Of a stretch of DNA of 26,147 nucleotides, positions 6,176 through 19,108 are shown one piece after another (positions within the stretch are counted from its first letter, which is position 1; each line of letters begins with the position of its first letter). Below the pieces are notes generated by a model, which worked only from the letters and a program-made list of their open reading frames with translations, searched no databases and had not been told where the DNA came from. This DNA is from Escherichia coli (GTDB lineage: Bacteria; Pseudomonadota; Gammaproteobacteria; Enterobacterales; Enterobacteriaceae). A program made the translations under genes and the position numbers. The stretch lies in assembly GCF_003334355.1 (NCBI RefSeq), contig NZ_QOWP01000043.1; one strand, 5' to 3'.

Positions 6176-8374
6176 TTAAACCACATCCGGCAGCTTATCG
6201 AGCAGCTTATCCAGAGTGATGGGATAATCCCGTACCCGAATACCGGTGGCGTTATACACCGCGTTGGCGATAGCCGCGCTCACGCCGCACAGGCCCAGCT
6301 CACCGACACCTTTGGCCTTCATCGGGGAGGATATGGGGTCGGTATCATCCAGGAAAATCACCTCCTGTTTTGGGATATCCGCATGGACCGGCACCTCATA
6401 CCCCGCCATATCGTGATTAACGAAGTAGCCCAAACGGTCATCTACCGCCAGCTCCTCCATCAGTGCCGCGCCCATGCCCATAGTCATTGCTCCAATGACC
6501 TGGCTGCGTGCAGTTTTCGGATTCAGGATGCGTCCTGCAGCACACACAGCGAGCATACGCCGGACCCGAACTTCTCCCGTCGCGCTATGCACGCCGACCT
6601 CCACAAAATGCCCGGCAAAGGTCGACTGCTGGTACTCCTTGCTCAGTGTTCCGAATTCAATGCTCTCTTCCGCTGTCAGTCTGCCGCCTGCGGTGGCCTC
6701 ATGTAGCATGGCGCTTCGGGTACCGTTGGTAATCTTGCCGTCGGCAAACTGCGACTGCTCAGGATCAAACCCGACTGCCGAGGCAATCATTTCGCGAAGC
6801 TTCACACAGGCGGCGTAAACGCCGGAGGTGGAGGTATTCGCGCCCCATTGTCCACCAGAACCCGCAGAAACCGGGAAACTGGAATCGCCGAGGTGAACCG
6901 CAACCTGCTCCAGCGGTACGCCAAGCATTTCCGCTGCCGTCTGGGCCAGAATGGTGTAGCTGCCGGTGCCAATGTCGGTCATGTCCGTTTCCACGGTAAC
7001 GGTGCCGTTTGGTTCGAGGTGAACCCGAGCACCCGATTTTTCCAGCAGATTATTGCGAAAGCCCGCCGCGACGCCGTGGCCGACTAGCCACTCCCCGTCG
7101 CGCACCTGTCCGGGTGTGGCGTTGCGCTGCTTCCAGCCAAATTTATCCGCTCCGGTGCGCAAGCACTCAATAAGCTGACGGCGAGAGAAGCGGCGCGTCG
7201 GATCGGCGGGGTCAACCTGAGTGTCATTCAGGATGCGAAACTCGACGGGATCGATGCCCGCTTTTTCCGCCAGTTCATCGATCGCGATTTCGAGCGCCAT
7301 CAGACCGGGGGCTTCGCCGGGCGCACGCATGGCGTTCCCTTCCGGCAAATCAAGCGTGGCGAGCCGCAGGCCGGTATGACGGTTTGCCCCTGCGTAGAGT
7401 AATTCGCTTTGCTGTACCGCCGTTTCCGGCGTGCCGCCGGGCAGGTTTCCGGACCAACTTTCATGTGAGATAGCGGTGATTTTCCCGCTCTGGTCAGCAC
7501 CGATACGCAAGTGCTGAAGGGTGGCGGGGCGGTGCGTGGTGTTATTGGGAATAGTGGGGCGGGGGAGCATCACTTTAACCGGACGTTTCACCGCTCGGGC
7601 GGCGAGGGCCGCCAGCAGTGCATCGCTTCTCAGGAACAGCTTGCCGCCAAACCCTCCGCCGATATACGGGGAGATAATACGCACATTCTCCACGGGCACT
7701 TTCAGCGTTTTTGCCAGATCGGTGCGGCACCAGTCAATCATCTGATTTGAGGTCCAGAGGGTAAGCTTATTTCCATCCCAGACGGCCATCGAGGCATGCG
7801 GCTCCATCGCCATATGGCTCTGGTCCGGGGTCGTGTAGGTAGCATCAATCTTCACCGCAGCGGAGGTGAAAGCCCCGTCAAAGTCACCGACGTTTTTGTC
7901 GGGCGTGTCTTCCGGCGGCTGACTGACGGCCTGTTTCTCGTCCGCCAGGGAGTAAGCTCCTTTATTGCGGCGATAGTGCGCCTGCACCAGCGAGGCCGCC
8001 GCTCGCGCCTGTTCGAAGGTCTCGGCCACTACCAGCGCAATGGCCTGATGATAGTGCTCAATAGTGGGGCCGCCTAACAGTCTGGCGGTGTTTTTGTCGC
8101 CTTTGCCGAGTGCCCCGGCGTTACTGGCGGTAATGACAGCCAGTACGCCCGGCGCTTTTTGCGCGGCGTCCGTATCAAGAGCGGTGAGGCGTCCTTTGGC
8201 AATGGCGGAACCGACGATATAGCCATAGGCGGCGTTGGGGGCTTCTTCATGCCATTCGTAGGCGTAGCGTGCCGTGCCGGTAGTTTTCAGCGGTCCGTCG
8301 ATGCGGTCATGGGGACGACCGACAACCTTCAGCTGATCGATCGGGTTTTCCCCTGCGGGTTTATCAAATTTCAT
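6176..8374 (-). CDS. paoC: Aldehyde oxidoreductase molybdopterin-binding large subunit PaoC
   Basis: 732-aa [44 protein letters not shown]... recognised as YagR/PaoC, xanthine dehydrogenase-family large subunit. Start overlaps the paoB stop by 4 nt. Confidence 0.92.
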   Translation of the reverse strand: MKFDKPAGENPIDQLKVVGRPHDRIDGPLKTTGTARYAYEWHEEAPNAAYGYIVGSAIAKGRLTALDTDAAQKAPGVLAVITASNAGALGKGDKNTARLLGGPTIEHYHQAIALVVAETFEQARAAASLVQAHYRRNKGAYSLADEKQAVSQPPEDTPDKNVGDFDGAFTSAAVKIDATYTTPDQSHMAMEPHASMAVWDGNKLTLWTSNQMIDWCRTDLAKTLKVPVENVRIISPYIGGGFGGKLFLRSDALLAALAARAVKRPVKVMLPRPTIPNNTTHRPATLQHLRIGADQSGKITAISHESWSGNLPGGTPETAVQQSELLYAGANRHTGLRLATLDLPEGNAMRAPGEAPGLMALEIAIDELAEKAGIDPVEFRILNDTQVDPADPTRRFSRRQLIECLRTGADKFGWKQRNATPGQVRDGEWLVGHGVAAGFRNNLLEKSGARVHLEPNGTVTVETDMTDIGTGSYTILAQTAAEMLGVPLEQVAVHLGDSSFPVSAGSGGQWGANTSTSGVYAACVKLREMIASAVGFDPEQSQFADGKITNGTRSAMLHEATAGGRLTAEESIEFGTLSKEYQQSTFAGHFVEVGVHSATGEVRVRRMLAVCAAGRILNPKTARSQVIGAMTMGMGAALMEELAVDDRLGYFVNHDMAGYEVPVHADIPKQEVIFLDDTDPISSPMKAKGVGELGLCGVSAAIANAVYNATGIRVRDYPITLDKLLDKLPDVV

Positions 8375-9327
8375 GCTTGTGCCCTCGCTTCAGCCAGTAC
8401 GGAGGCAAGCGTTCGCTTCGCCAACAGGAGTTTAAAGGTGTTTTCAGCGGTGGGATGGGCGCTGGCGAACAGCGCGTCATATACGGCCTGCGCCCCCTGG
8501 GATAGCTGAGCATCCGCAGCCTCAATGCGCCAGGGCTTATGTGCTACTCCGCCCAGCGCGACGCGCCCGCTGCCGTCAGGCTGAATAATCGCCGCGACCG
8601 ATACCAGGGCAAAGGCGTAGGAGGCGCGATCGCGCACCTTACGGTAGATATGTTTTCCGCCGAGCGGCGGAGGTAACGTCACCGCAACGATAAGCTCACC
8701 GGGAAGCAGGGCGGTTTCAATGTGCGGCGTTTTCCCCGGTGGGTGATAAAAATCAGCCAGTGTGATACTGCGAGTCTTTCCCTCCGGCGTGATGGTTTCC
8801 ACCACCGCATCCAGCAACCGCATTGCGACCGCCATATCGCTCGGATGGGTGGCAATGCAGGCTTCGCTTACGCCTACCACCGCGTGCTGACGGCTAAAGC
8901 CTTCAAGCGCCGCGCAGCCGCTCCCGGGCAGGCGCTTATTGCAGGGCTGATTGGTGTCGTAAAAATAGGGGCAGCGCGTGCGCTGGAGCAGATTACCTGC
9001 GGTGGTTGCCTGATTACGTAACTGACCAGACGCGCCAGCGAGCAGGGCGCGGGAGAGTACCGCGTAATCACGACGCACGCGCTCGTGAGCCGCCAGGTCG
9101 GTGTTCCGTACCAGTGCGCCGATGCGCAGCCCACCCGCGTCGGTCACTTCAATCTTATCGAGCCCGAGCCCGTTCACATCGATAAGGTGGGTGGGCGTTT
9201 CAATTTCCAGCTTCATCAGGTCCAGCAGATTGGTCCCGCCCGCGATAAATTTTGCGCCGGGTACGCGCTGAGCGCTAAGTGCCGCCTCGGCCGGGGTGTT
9301 CACTCGTTCATAGGTAAACGCCTTCAT
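8371..9327 (-). CDS. paoB: Aldehyde oxidoreductase FAD-binding subunit PaoB
   Basis: 318-aa [46 protein letters not shown]... recognised as YagS/PaoB. Start overlaps the paoA stop (9324..9327). Confidence 0.92.
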   Translation of the reverse strand: MKAFTYERVNTPAEAALSAQRVPGAKFIAGGTNLLDLMKLEIETPTHLIDVNGLGLDKIEVTDAGGLRIGALVRNTDLAAHERVRRDYAVLSRALLAGASGQLRNQATTAGNLLQRTRCPYFYDTNQPCNKRLPGSGCAALEGFSRQHAVVGVSEACIATHPSDMAVAMRLLDAVVETITPEGKTRSITLADFYHPPGKTPHIETALLPGELIVAVTLPPPLGGKHIYRKVRDRASYAFALVSVAAIIQPDGSGRVALGGVAHKPWRIEAADAQLSQGAQAVYDALFASAHPTAENTFKLLLAKRTLASVLAEARAQA

Positions 9328-10013
9328 GATTTTATCTCCCCCGCAGCATCTTCAATGGCGGCAAGGATGTTAGCGTATGCACCACAGCGACAGATGTTGC
9401 CGCTCATACGTTCACGGATCTCATCGACAGTTGTTTCTGGAGCGGAAACCAAATCGACCGTGACGTGACTGGGAATGCCGTCCTGAATCTCTTTTAGCAC
9501 CGCTACTGATGAGCAAATTTGCCCGGAGGTGCAGTAGCCGCACTGGAAGCCATCATGCTTGATAAAGGCCGCCTGCATGGGGTGAAGATTATCTGGTGAA
9601 CCCAGGCCTTCAATGGTGGTGATCTCGGCCCCCTGATGCATGACTGCAAGCGTCAGGCAGGCATTAAGCCTGCGACCATTGACCAGCACGGTACAGGCTC
9701 CGCACTGTCCGTGATCGCAACCTTTCTTGGTACCGATCAAATGCAGATTTTCACGCAAAGCGTCCAGTAGCGTGGTTCGGGTATCCACCTCAAGCTGCTC
9801 GGTTTTGCCGTTCACCTTCAGTGTCAGGGGCATTATCTCTGGCGCGGGTGTAGCTGCCGGAACGCTTGCCGCCAGCGTAGAATGAGGATAAACCACGGCG
9901 GTCGCCGCTGTTGCGGCGCTCACTTTAATCAGATCGCGACGGGTCAAACTTAAATCGTGCGGCTCGTGCTTCCCAACCCGATTATCTTCGGGGTATTCGC
10001 CTTGGTTGCTCAT
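9324..10013 (-). CDS. paoA: Aldehyde oxidoreductase [2Fe-2S] iron-sulfur subunit PaoA, with Tat signal peptide
   Basis: 229-aa ORF with twin-arginine signal ([17 protein letters not shown]) and cysteine clusters [10 protein letters not shown] and [11 protein letters not shown] ... CRCGAY typical of 2Fe-2S ferredoxin-like subunits. First gene of the operon, divergent from yagU. Confidence 0.92.
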   Translation of the reverse strand: MSNQGEYPEDNRVGKHEPHDLSLTRRDLIKVSAATAATAVVYPHSTLAASVPAATPAPEIMPLTLKVNGKTEQLEVDTRTTLLDALRENLHLIGTKKGCDHGQCGACTVLVNGRRLNACLTLAVMHQGAEITTIEGLGSPDNLHPMQAAFIKHDGFQCGYCTSGQICSSVAVLKEIQDGIPSHVTVDLVSAPETTVDEIRERMSGNICRCGAYANILAAIEDAAGEIKS

Positions 10014-10430
10014 ACCAGGCCTCCGGTATTCTAAAGGGGAAAATAAGAGTGCGTTGCGAGAGTGCTGATGCTTTTTTAAATGTTAAGCATAGTCGGCGAC
10101 AGCAGGAGGATTATTCTTAAAACGCGAATGCAGCTATGAGCCCGGCTAATAAATTCATGTTCGCCGGGATGTTGATGATGATGGGAGCTGGTTTATTGCT
10201 TTAGTTGTACGATGCAAAAACCAATAAGGAAACCTGTGATTTTCAGCTCTGCATCACCCTGCAAATCTCTGTCACTTCTAATATAAAAATAGGGAGAAAT
10301 GATGGAGCTTATATTCATTGGCGATTAGGAAACCATCTTGTTATACAAAACAATACAGTTCTTTACATTTGCCTTGTTTTATGAATACTCCTGAAGAGGT
10401 GTATAACATAATGGTACAAGCAGGGTAGAT

Positions 10431-11044
10431 ATGAATATATTTGAACAAACTCCACCGAACCGCAGACGTTATGGTCTTGCTGCATTCATTGGGCTGATTG
10501 CTGGCGTTGTTTCCGCATTCGTGAAGTGGGGGGCTGAAGTTCCATTGCCGCCACGTAGCCCGGTGGATATGTTTAATGCAGCGTGTGGCCCGGAATCATT
10601 AATCAGGGCTGCAGGCCAAATTGATTGCTCGCGTAATTTTCTCAATCCACCTATATTTTTCTTCGAGACTGGTTGGGGCTGACAGATCCCAATGCGGCTG
10701 TTTATACCTTTGCCGGGCATGTCTTTAACTGGGTTGGTGTTACGCACATTATCTTTTCGATAGTGTTTGCTGTCGGTTATTGTGTGGTCGCTGAAGTATT
10801 TCCAAAAATTAAACTCTGGCAGGGCTTACTGGCAGGTGCTTTAGCCCAACTTTTTGTTCATATGATTTCATTCCCTCTCATGGGACTGACGCCACCTCTG
10901 TTTGATCTCCCGTGGTATGAGAATGTTTCTGAAATTTTTGGACATTTAGTCTGGTTCTGGTCTATTGAAATTATTCGCAGAGATTTACGAAACAGAATTA
11001 CTCATGAGCCAGACCCTGAGATCCCTTTAGGCTCAAACAGATAA
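10431..11044 (+). pseudogene. yagU: yagU (DUF1440 inner-membrane protein) interrupted by a single-base frameshift near 10652
   Basis: Track shows two consecutive ORFs in different frames (10431..10682 and 10673..11044) that together make one ~204-codon protein. Frame 1 encodes ...SRNFLNPP then runs into a stop at 10680..10682; frame 2 encodes [20 protein letters not shown]... from 10652 and has no ATG start. N-terminus [25 protein letters not shown] recognised as YagU. Confidence 0.7.
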
Positions 11045-11057
11045 TGCATTGAATGAT

Positions 11058-11086
11058 AAAAATGGCGCAAATACAGCGCCATTTTT
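11058..11086. terminator. Rho-independent terminator downstream of yagU (potentially bidirectional)
   Basis: Perfect 11-bp stem AAAAATGGCGC / GCGCCATTTTT with 7-nt loop AAATACA, flanked by an A-run and a T-run, starting 14 nt after the yagU stop. Confidence 0.65.
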
Positions 11087-11291
11087 ATAGGTTAAAAACA
11101 TTGCTTTTTATATTCTGATGCAGATAGTCAGTGAGTATATCGCGCTACTTCAGGATGATGTAGATCCGAAGAACGCTACAGAAGAGAGGCATTGTTGCTG
11201 GCAAATAGAAGAAGTATCGGGTTTTGTTACCCCTGAAAAACGAAGCCCCGCTATTATCGCTGGCGGGGCAGTGCAATTAATTATTGTATGT

Positions 11292-11621
11292 TTATAACGG
11301 TGTCAGCCCGTATTTAGCCCTTGCACGATTGCAAGCCTCATTGACGACTCCGTTCTCACCAGACATGGCAAATTCTCTGCATGTGGACGATCGATTTTTA
11401 TATATCGTGCAGCAGGCATTTTTGCCCGGGGTTCCTGCAAGGGCAATACATCGGGGGTTTTTCTGATTGGTACCGCTCATGCATCGGTGAAAAGGGGATA
11501 TTTGTTCAGTGAGCCTGGCGGGAATGGTACCGCCAGCATCGTCGGCTTCGGCCCAGTAAAAAGAGACGCGGAAAAATGCACAACAGGCACCACACGTCAT
11601 GCATGGATTCAGATTGCTCAT
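11292..11621 (-). CDS. ykgJ: YkgJ-family cysteine-cluster protein (UPF0153)
   Basis: 109-aa [40 protein letters not shown]... with CxxCxxCC and additional cysteine motifs; recognised as YkgJ. Confidence 0.85.
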
Positions 11622-11933
11622 AATTCACCAGTACAGCTATAAATCGTAAAGAGAACAGCGGTACATCGTATGTAAGAACGTACCGCGGTTGGCTGGTGTA
11701 CTTTCGATAGTGTGAGTATTGAATGATTTCCAGCCGTTACCGATTTTACGTACTAATTCGTGAATAAACCACTCGTTAGCAGGCTGCCTGGTACCTTTCC
11801 GTGTCTCCTGAACACTATTGTGTGCATATGAGAAAGCCCATCGTTACAGGTGATATTGACGATCGCTTCCACATCATTTAAACGATTTTTGGGGCTCTGA
11901 GGTGGAATTCTTCCCTCGACCGATGGATAAGTC

Positions 11934-12644
11934 TTAGTCCGCCGAAGGGGGCTTAGCCGGACAGGAATCGCTAATCTTAATGAATTTGTCGTTATAGACC
12001 AGATAATGATTCCCCGGCTGACGTAACTCAGGCTGATGAACCACGTCTCCCGGACGTAGATACCAGGCATCGCCTTCCTCTTCGGTCGAATCACATCCTG
12101 GCTTAATCAGTAGCTTAAACCATGTGTTGCCAGTGTTACTTACCGTTCCTGTCACCTTGTCGAAGGACCATTTAAACTGAACCTGACGTGGTCGTACTAC
12201 CAGAATGGTATCCATCACCACCACCGGCTCCGTGCTGACCTCGCCGCCGGTTGGGCTACGTCTTGTCTGGTTACGAGTGGGGACCTCGCGAAATGAGACC
12301 CGGTAGTAGCGCTCGCGGTTATCCCGTGGCCCATGATAGTAAAATTTAAAATACTCGCTCTCACCAGCCTGCAACGCCAGCTGGCGGGGGGCGAAAAGCA
12401 GTTCACCATCCACCGGTCGGGTGCGCAATTCACTGCTGCCCGGGCTATCAATAGCACTGATGGCAATACGGTATATCCGTGCGCTTTTGTTGTTATTCAC
12501 TACACGTTTGCTGACAAAGTCAGTCTCGGACGGCAGTGAAAAAGTCAGATTGCCGACCGAAATCGCCTGTGTCAAAGGTGCCGCCAGCATACAGACCGCT
12601 GTCAGCAGGGCCTTAGTTAATGTTACGCCACGTCGCCTGAACAT
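11934..12644 (-). CDS. ecpE: E. coli common pilus protein EcpE (MatF), chaperone-like
   Basis: Track ORF 11934..12689; I place the start at the internal ATG (12644), giving [27 protein letters not shown] (signal peptide) with AGGAGAG 6 nt upstream. Overlaps the 3' end of ecpD by 32 nt. Confidence 0.82.
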   Translation of the reverse strand: MFRRRGVTLTKALLTAVCMLAAPLTQAISVGNLTFSLPSETDFVSKRVVNNNKSARIYRIAISAIDSPGSSELRTRPVDGELLFAPRQLALQAGESEYFKFYYHGPRDNRERYYRVSFREVPTRNQTRRSPTGGEVSTEPVVVMDTILVVRPRQVQFKWSFDKVTGTVSNTGNTWFKLLIKPGCDSTEEEGDAWYLRPGDVVHQPELRQPGNHYLVYNDKFIKISDSCPAKPPSAD

Positions 12645-14256
12645 GAATCTCTCCTGAAGCGCTGACTTCGCCAAACCAGCCGTTATCATCTACCGTACGC
12701 AGCGAAATGGCGTTATCCATTGGAATCGAAAATTTGACTGTGGTCTTATCCATCTGCCCCACTTCGCCAGAGATATCAGTCCACGGTGTGGTCAGCCACA
12801 GCGCATCGGTCATATCCCGCCAGCTATCATCGCACCCGGCATCGTAGGTTTTTGTAGCTCCGTTGCGGGTAATAAAGGAAAGTGTCGCCGGGAACGGTAC
12901 TTTCGCCTTACCGTCATCGGAGCTGAAGACACAATAGGAGCGCCCGCCAATCACCTGCGCGGGTCCGGTCACCTTGATCAGCACTTCGTCGGCAGCTGTT
13001 TTACCGCTGGTGGTTACGATATAGCCGAAATCGAGTGCCGACTCGCCGCTGCCAACATATCCCTCCCGCGACGGTGTCTGAGTATATTCATCGGAGATAA
13101 TACTGATGCTGAAATCACGGGGTTTGATAATCAGCGTGTTGGAGGTAGAAAATTCATACCAGCCAGACTCCGGTGATGTGGTGTTCTGAAAGCGAAAGTT
13201 GAATAGATCTTTGGTGTTGATATCGCTGATCCCGAGGTTCACCATCTGCTTAAAGAAGTTGCTCGAGAAGAAAACATAGATCGAGTCTGCGCTCTTCATC
13301 TCGTTGAAGGTGTAGTAATAGGCGGTATTGCTCACCGGTTTCCATGAACTGCCATTCAGACTGAACTGCATATCGTACGCCCCGACGGCCGAGGCTAACG
13401 ACGAGTTGGCGATCGCCGGGAATATATGGATTGAGGTGTTGCTGAGTCCGTTTGTTTGCAGGGTATAGTTAACCATCTTACAACTTAATCCTGAACGGCT
13501 GCCGATGGTTTGCGTCCGGCAGTCGGCGTTCCCTTCGCCCAGAGTCGGTACTCCGTCGCTGTTGATAAATACTTCCGCCAGCGAGTGGGTATTTATCAAC
13601 CGTAGATTTGCTGCTTTCGTATGGGTGACGTTGCGAACATACCAGTTGCCGGAGGCCTGATCCTTACAGCGTGCGCCGCTGCTGGCGTCATAGTTCACAG
13701 AGGTCTGGCAGGCATTGATGGTCATTGTAAAGCTGCTGCCGACGGGCATTTGTTGCATATACTGGTAAAACGCGTCTGACAACATGCCGTGCATCCACTT
13801 CGCGCCGCCGCTGGTCACCGTCGCGCCATAAAATCCACTGGCGTCGGTGGTTTGCGGCAGGATAAGACTGGTGGTCATATTACACCCAGCGTACCAGTTG
13901 ATGCAGCGCAAGCCAGTTAAAGGAGATGAAACTGGTGAATTTTCCAGCCACATATCAAACTTCCAGTTGGTATAAAGGCCGGTGTTGTAACCGTTATCAA
14001 TGTAGCCGAGGCTTTGCTGATAGATGGTTCCTGAACCAGTGTATTTTAAACCGGTCCAGCGGTTGGCACCGGTCAGGCGCGGATCCAGCGCCCCGCCAGG
14101 AGTGACGAAAAAGTTGTCGTCTGAGTTGTTTTCGACAAACACAAACTCGCGTGCCGGTGCATCCGCCCAGGTTGTTTTGCTCACTGCCGCTCTGAGCGCA
14201 GTTACTGGCCAGATTAGCGCGAAAATTATCATCGTTATTAGTAGGTTAACTCTCAT
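12613..14256 (-). CDS. ecpD: E. coli common pilus tip adhesin EcpD (MatE)
   Basis: 547-aa [37 protein letters not shown]... with signal peptide; recognised as EcpD. Overlaps ecpC by 11 nt. Confidence 0.9.
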   Translation of the reverse strand: MRVNLLITMIIFALIWPVTALRAAVSKTTWADAPAREFVFVENNSDDNFFVTPGGALDPRLTGANRWTGLKYTGSGTIYQQSLGYIDNGYNTGLYTNWKFDMWLENSPVSSPLTGLRCINWYAGCNMTTSLILPQTTDASGFYGATVTSGGAKWMHGMLSDAFYQYMQQMPVGSSFTMTINACQTSVNYDASSGARCKDQASGNWYVRNVTHTKAANLRLINTHSLAEVFINSDGVPTLGEGNADCRTQTIGSRSGLSCKMVNYTLQTNGLSNTSIHIFPAIANSSLASAVGAYDMQFSLNGSSWKPVSNTAYYYTFNEMKSADSIYVFFSSNFFKQMVNLGISDINTKDLFNFRFQNTTSPESGWYEFSTSNTLIIKPRDFSISIISDEYTQTPSREGYVGSGESALDFGYIVTTSGKTAADEVLIKVTGPAQVIGGRSYCVFSSDDGKAKVPFPATLSFITRNGATKTYDAGCDDSWRDMTDALWLTTPWTDISGEVGQMDKTTVKFSIPMDNAISLRTVDDNGWFGEVSASGEIHVQATWRNIN

Positions 14257-16771
14257 TCTCTTCTCCTGTCTGCGTCACCGCCGCCCACGATGAGAGGCCG
14301 CTGCAGACCACATCACCGACCCAGACGGCACCGCGCACCTGGTTGAGTTCCAGAGCCACTTCGCAGGTTTTATTGCCACTGTAGCGAAAATCGATAGTGG
14401 GGTATTTCTTATCCACGTCCATGACAAACTCGCCGTTTTCATCGGTTCGGGTTCGGCCGATATGGTTGTTAATCCGTGCGTTAGCCAGCAGTGTGCCGTC
14501 TTCCGCACGGATACGACCGGAGACGGTAACCATCTGCTTCACCTCTGGCTCAATGACAGCGACATTGCCTGGATAGAGAGTCAGACGACTTTTGCGGCCG
14601 CTGACGATATCGTAACTGTCGAGTGAGTTTTTGCTGTTCTGTAACTCCACCTCATATCTTCCATAGGGAGAGAGCGGGAGATAGTTACGCTTGCCGTTAA
14701 GCGGGAAAATCCGCCCGTTGATTTTGGCGCTGATCTGACCGTCGTCCTCCAGCCCGGTGTTGAATATCACCCCAGCGTTGCCATCAGTCCGCCCGCTGGC
14801 AGCAATGTTTTTACCCTGCCAGCCGACGCTGCCATTGGCGGTCAAGTTGGTATTGACGTAGCCGTCCGCCGCGCTATTGACGTTCAGCGTTCCGCTGGCG
14901 TAACGAGCGTCGAATTGTGCATACGCCCCGCCGCTGAGGGTTTTGTCATCACCGGTATCGCCGGAGATGGCACGTGACAGATTGGCACCAACAGTGCGAA
15001 TGGTTCCTTCATCAAACTGTTTGCGTGCTGACAGGTTTGCCATGGTGTAGCCGTTTTGATGAGTCATCCCTGCGCTAAACCAGTTGCCCAGTGGTAGCGA
15101 GAGATCGAGAGCGATATATTTTCCTGTATTGGCGTTGCTGTCGCCGTTGTTATAGCGCTGAATACCGGCCCGCAGGCCAAGCGAACCAAAGGTACCGCTG
15201 TAGACATTTTGATAGTAATCTGCCGTGTAATAATGGCTGTTGTAACGGCGGTCATCATTGTAGCTGATGCTGAATGTGCCCAGCTTCGACCACAGTGAGT
15301 TCAGGTTGAGTGTGCCGCCGATTGCACGGTTGTCGGCATCGCTACGTCGCAATTGATTGCCAATGCGGGTTTTTTCCTGATTAACCCACAGCGAACTAAA
15401 GCCTCCCGGTAGAGTGGCGCTGATGCTGCCGATGCTGCTCCATGAGCTGTCACTGGCCAGCATATTTTGCAGGTTAACGTTGATCGCCCCCCCAAGCGGC
15501 AGCGTCAGACGGGTTTCACCCACCGCCTGATTATCGTATCCATATCCCGTTGCCGCCCAGCTAAGCGTACTCAATGAGCCGGAGGTCGAGGCACCTGCTA
15601 GCCAACTCTCTTTAGCTGGTCGCGTCTTTTTCCCGTTTTCCGACCAGCGATCCATATGAAAGCTACCGCCCCATACCTGCCACGCCAGTGGTGCACCGAC
15701 GCCGCGCCCCCGGCTAAACAGCTTATTGACCCGCTGGGTGCGTTTGCTGATCACGCGACCGTTAACGATCACCTCAACTTCCACATCGTAAATCCCGTAC
15801 GGTAGACCCCGGGTATCCACTTCATGATTGCCCATAGTGAAGTTCTGAACGCTTAGTAGCCGCCCATCACGGGTGAGATGTACTTCGCCCGCCGCCGGTA
15901 AAAAGGCGATCACTGGCGTGGCTGACTGGCTGCTGTCGAAGATGGTGGAGCTGGCCTGGTTTCCCCAGGAAAGGCCGTAAATCTTCCCTGCTGAAATGGC
16001 GGTCATCGGCCCTAAGGACTGCAAGTTCCAGGTGTCGAGCATTCCACCGGCAAATCGGTGACCGGCAAAATCGCGTTCATACATCGCTTTATATAATTCA
16101 CTGTCCTGTTGACCGCTACCGATCCCGTACAGCGAGCCGTCGAGCACCACATGATGTTCGCGCAGTGCAGTAACGTTATTCAGCGACAGATAGCTGGATG
16201 TGTTGCTCCCGCCGTTACGCAACTGGTTGTTATAGACGCCCAAGTTATAGCTCAGATTACTGCTGAGGGTGTTAACACTGGACTGCCCGATGTCTTCGCT
16301 ACGTGAGCGTAGTACGGTGCCCAGCGCTTCGCGCTTGACCACTAGCTGCAGCAGCAGTTGGCGCAAGCTGAGATCCAGCTGCGCGTTGTCAGTCAGGGGG
16401 ATGGTAAGGGCCTCATTGAACGGGGCGTTGGCCAGAGCCATCAGCTGCTGTTGAGTTTGTTCGCTGACACTGGCGTTATCTTCACTCTCTTCCAGCTGTA
16501 TTTTCCGGATGCGTAGCTGTCCATCGTCCAGCCAGATAAAAGCGCTGCCGATTCGCTGATCGTCCTGGCGACCCTGGCTACCGGCGAGATGAATATAGAG
16601 CGGGACGCTCATGCCGTCCTGAAGCGCCTGACTGAAGGCCTGCGGAATAATCACCCCACCTATTTGCTGCGCACTTATGTCAGCAGCGCTGGCATCGGGC
16701 TGAACGAACAAAAAGACCATGCCGAAGGCAAACTGGGCTTTCAGTCCTGGGGAGAACCGTCGTAAAGGCAT
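14246..16771 (-). CDS. ecpC: E. coli common pilus usher EcpC (MatD)
   Basis: 841-aa [39 protein letters not shown]...; large, outer-membrane-protein-like composition; recognised as EcpC. Confidence 0.9.
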   Translation of the reverse strand: MPLRRFSPGLKAQFAFGMVFLFVQPDASAADISAQQIGGVIIPQAFSQALQDGMSVPLYIHLAGSQGRQDDQRIGSAFIWLDDGQLRIRKIQLEESEDNASVSEQTQQQLMALANAPFNEALTIPLTDNAQLDLSLRQLLLQLVVKREALGTVLRSRSEDIGQSSVNTLSSNLSYNLGVYNNQLRNGGSNTSSYLSLNNVTALREHHVVLDGSLYGIGSGQQDSELYKAMYERDFAGHRFAGGMLDTWNLQSLGPMTAISAGKIYGLSWGNQASSTIFDSSQSATPVIAFLPAAGEVHLTRDGRLLSVQNFTMGNHEVDTRGLPYGIYDVEVEVIVNGRVISKRTQRVNKLFSRGRGVGAPLAWQVWGGSFHMDRWSENGKKTRPAKESWLAGASTSGSLSTLSWAATGYGYDNQAVGETRLTLPLGGAINVNLQNMLASDSSWSSIGSISATLPGGFSSLWVNQEKTRIGNQLRRSDADNRAIGGTLNLNSLWSKLGTFSISYNDDRRYNSHYYTADYYQNVYSGTFGSLGLRAGIQRYNNGDSNANTGKYIALDLSLPLGNWFSAGMTHQNGYTMANLSARKQFDEGTIRTVGANLSRAISGDTGDDKTLSGGAYAQFDARYASGTLNVNSAADGYVNTNLTANGSVGWQGKNIAASGRTDGNAGVIFNTGLEDDGQISAKINGRIFPLNGKRNYLPLSPYGRYEVELQNSKNSLDSYDIVSGRKSRLTLYPGNVAVIEPEVKQMVTVSGRIRAEDGTLLANARINNHIGRTRTDENGEFVMDVDKKYPTIDFRYSGNKTCEVALELNQVRGAVWVGDVVCSGLSSWAAVTQTGEENES

Positions 16772-16796
16772 TGTCGTTATCCATCTGCACAGCTAT

Positions 16797-17465
16797 CTAT
16801 TTCACGGGAATGAACTTATCACCCTGCCAAAGTGCAACCCGTCCTTTGTTATCCGCCGTGTCCACGCGGGTAAAACGACGCGACTTGCCCGGCATCAGGT
16901 AGTAATTCTCTTTACACTCTTTACCATTGGCGGCTTTCAGGCAGGGGCCGTAGGCGAGGATCCGCAGCGTCGCATTTCCTGTATTTGTCAGGGAGCCGTT
17001 GGCGTACTGAAAGTGGTAGTTTGCCTGGCGGGGTGCGACGACCAGAATGGTGCCGATGCGGGCGGAAGCAGTGGCCACAGCGCTGCGGTTGGCATTATCG
17101 CGCTGTGCATCACTGAGGGCCTGATCAAACCAGACAATGCGGTAGTAGCGCTCTTTTTCATCTGCGGGTCCCTTATAGAAGAAGCGGATCACTTCGCTGG
17201 CTTGGGCGGGTAGCAGCAAGCTGGCGGGAGTGAGTAGCAACTCATCCGGCTTGTCCATTGAGATAACCTGCCCGTCGTCAAGCGGTGAAGAGAGCCGTTC
17301 GAGACGGATATTGATAAGGCGACCACTGTCGGTACTGTTTTTGATCGTTTTGCTCAGCGTGCTGCTGTCACTGTTCATAAACGATGATATATCGCCGACA
17401 TCCAGCGCCTGGGCCGGAGATATTCCGGAAAACAGCAGAGCGAGAGGCAGAAGGTGCTTTTTCAT
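16797..17465 (-). CDS. ecpB: E. coli common pilus periplasmic chaperone EcpB (MatC)
   Basis: 222-aa [32 protein letters not shown]... with signal peptide; recognised as EcpB. Confidence 0.9.
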   Translation of the reverse strand: MKKHLLPLALLFSGISPAQALDVGDISSFMNSDSSTLSKTIKNSTDSGRLINIRLERLSSPLDDGQVISMDKPDELLLTPASLLLPAQASEVIRFFYKGPADEKERYYRIVWFDQALSDAQRDNANRSAVATASARIGTILVVAPRQANYHFQYANGSLTNTGNATLRILAYGPCLKAANGKECKENYYLMPGKSRRFTRVDTADNKGRVALWQGDKFIPVK

Positions 17466-17486
17466 AACAATTCCGTCCAGGAATAA

Positions 17487-17507
17487 AGCAGGGGGGCTAC
17501 CCCTGCT
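17487..17507 (-). terminator. Putative intra-operon attenuator hairpin between ecpA and ecpB
   Basis: 8-bp GC-rich stem AGCAGGGG / CCCCTGCT with 5-nt loop, followed on the mRNA (minus) strand by UUAUUCC; lies 16 nt downstream of the ecpA stop. Confidence 0.4.
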
Positions 17508-17522
17508 GGTACATCAGAGAGA

Positions 17523-18110
17523 TTAACTGGTCCAGGTCGCGTCGAACTGTACGCTAACGTCGCCGCTCCAGATGCCTTCCGGTAGAGTGCTGTAATCTGT
17601 TACTGCGGTGGTACCATTGGTGGTACCGCTGATGATGGAGAAGGTGAAACCATCCTGTGCGGTGGTACGATTGCTGGCATTGTAACCGTTAGCCAGCGGG
17701 CTAAGGTTGCCGCCCAGTACGCCGTTGGCGGTATCGATCATCACGGTATCGCCAGTTTTTTCGACTGCCGCGCCGTTATAATCCACGCCCACATTCAGTG
17801 TGGAACCTGAGGTATCCAACTGGGTTAATGTGTTGGTGATAAGACGTGAGGTCAGTTTAAAGGCGGTAGCCGTTGAGTCACCCTCGATAGCCACGTCAAA
17901 TAGACCTTTCTGTGAGTTAAAACCTTTAATGCCTTCGGCATACTGGAACGCCAGGCTACCGAGTGGCGTCACAACCAGCTTACTGGTGGTGTCTTTTTTG
18001 GCTGTTGCCGACCAGGTCGCTACAGCCTGAGCTGTTACGTCAGCAGCCTGCGCCACACCCATGCCGGTAAACACCGTTACCAGAGCTATTGCCAGAACCT
18101 TTTTTTTCAT
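17523..18110 (-). CDS. ecpA: E. coli common pilus major pilin EcpA (MatB)
   Basis: 195-aa [50 protein letters not shown]... recognised as EcpA. Confidence 0.92.
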   Translation of the reverse strand: MKKKVLAIALVTVFTGMGVAQAADVTAQAVATWSATAKKDTTSKLVVTPLGSLAFQYAEGIKGFNSQKGLFDVAIEGDSTATAFKLTSRLITNTLTQLDTSGSTLNVGVDYNGAAVEKTGDTVMIDTANGVLGGNLSPLANGYNASNRTTAQDGFTFSIISGTTNGTTAVTDYSTLPEGIWSGDVSVQFDATWTS

Positions 18111-18184
18111 TGCATTTCTTCCCGAGTTGAATTGAGGACGTGATGTCCCAGTGAGTCATTTTTTAAAACTAACTTGCCTGGAGT

Positions 18185-18796
<612 letters not shown>

Positions 18797-19081
18797 TTAC
18801 AGGTGCATTCAGTTTCCTTAGTAAACCGGAAGTAAATAAGATACGTAGTACATATCAATAAAGGTTAAACGAGATTAAGTTTAATTATTTTCGATTGGGC
18901 TTAAATTTATGTTTTTTTTCCCGATGAGTGTCAATATGTGAACGGAAAAGGAATTCAATGGTTAAGTCAATATTTAGAAAAACTGAAAATATTGCTTTTT
19001 TGATAAGAAGAAAAAGACATTTGGTTTCATAAGGTTATTGGCAATATAACGTTCAATTCTTACTTGCATTTTATATTGGTC

Positions 19082-19108
19082 AGGAACTTTGCCCTGAAGT
19101 GTTAGGAA
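19082..19108 (-). promoter_or_regulatory. TTCCT-N17-TTCCT direct repeat upstream of ecpR (candidate EcpR autoregulatory box)
   Basis: Plus strand reads AGGAA-N17-AGGAA (19082..19086 and 19104..19108), i.e. TTCCT-N17-TTCCT in the ecp orientation, ~300 bp upstream of the ecpR ATG. This matches the EcpR recognition sequence as I recall it. Confidence 0.45.

Noticed and set aside
6383-8077. Several 70-115-aa plus-strand ORFs in the track (e.g. 6383..6706, 6474..6818, 7511..7750, 7796..8077)
   Set aside because: They lie entirely antisense within paoC, a well-supported 732-aa gene; GC-rich DNA commonly gives long antisense ORFs by chance, and none has a credible Shine-Dalgarno.
12215-17213. Short ORFs nested in or antisense to the ecp genes (e.g. 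12215..12466, 15064..15258, 15301..15495, 16719..17213)
   Set aside because: Each is fully contained within a long, confidently identified ecp gene on the same or opposite strand; no independent coding evidence.
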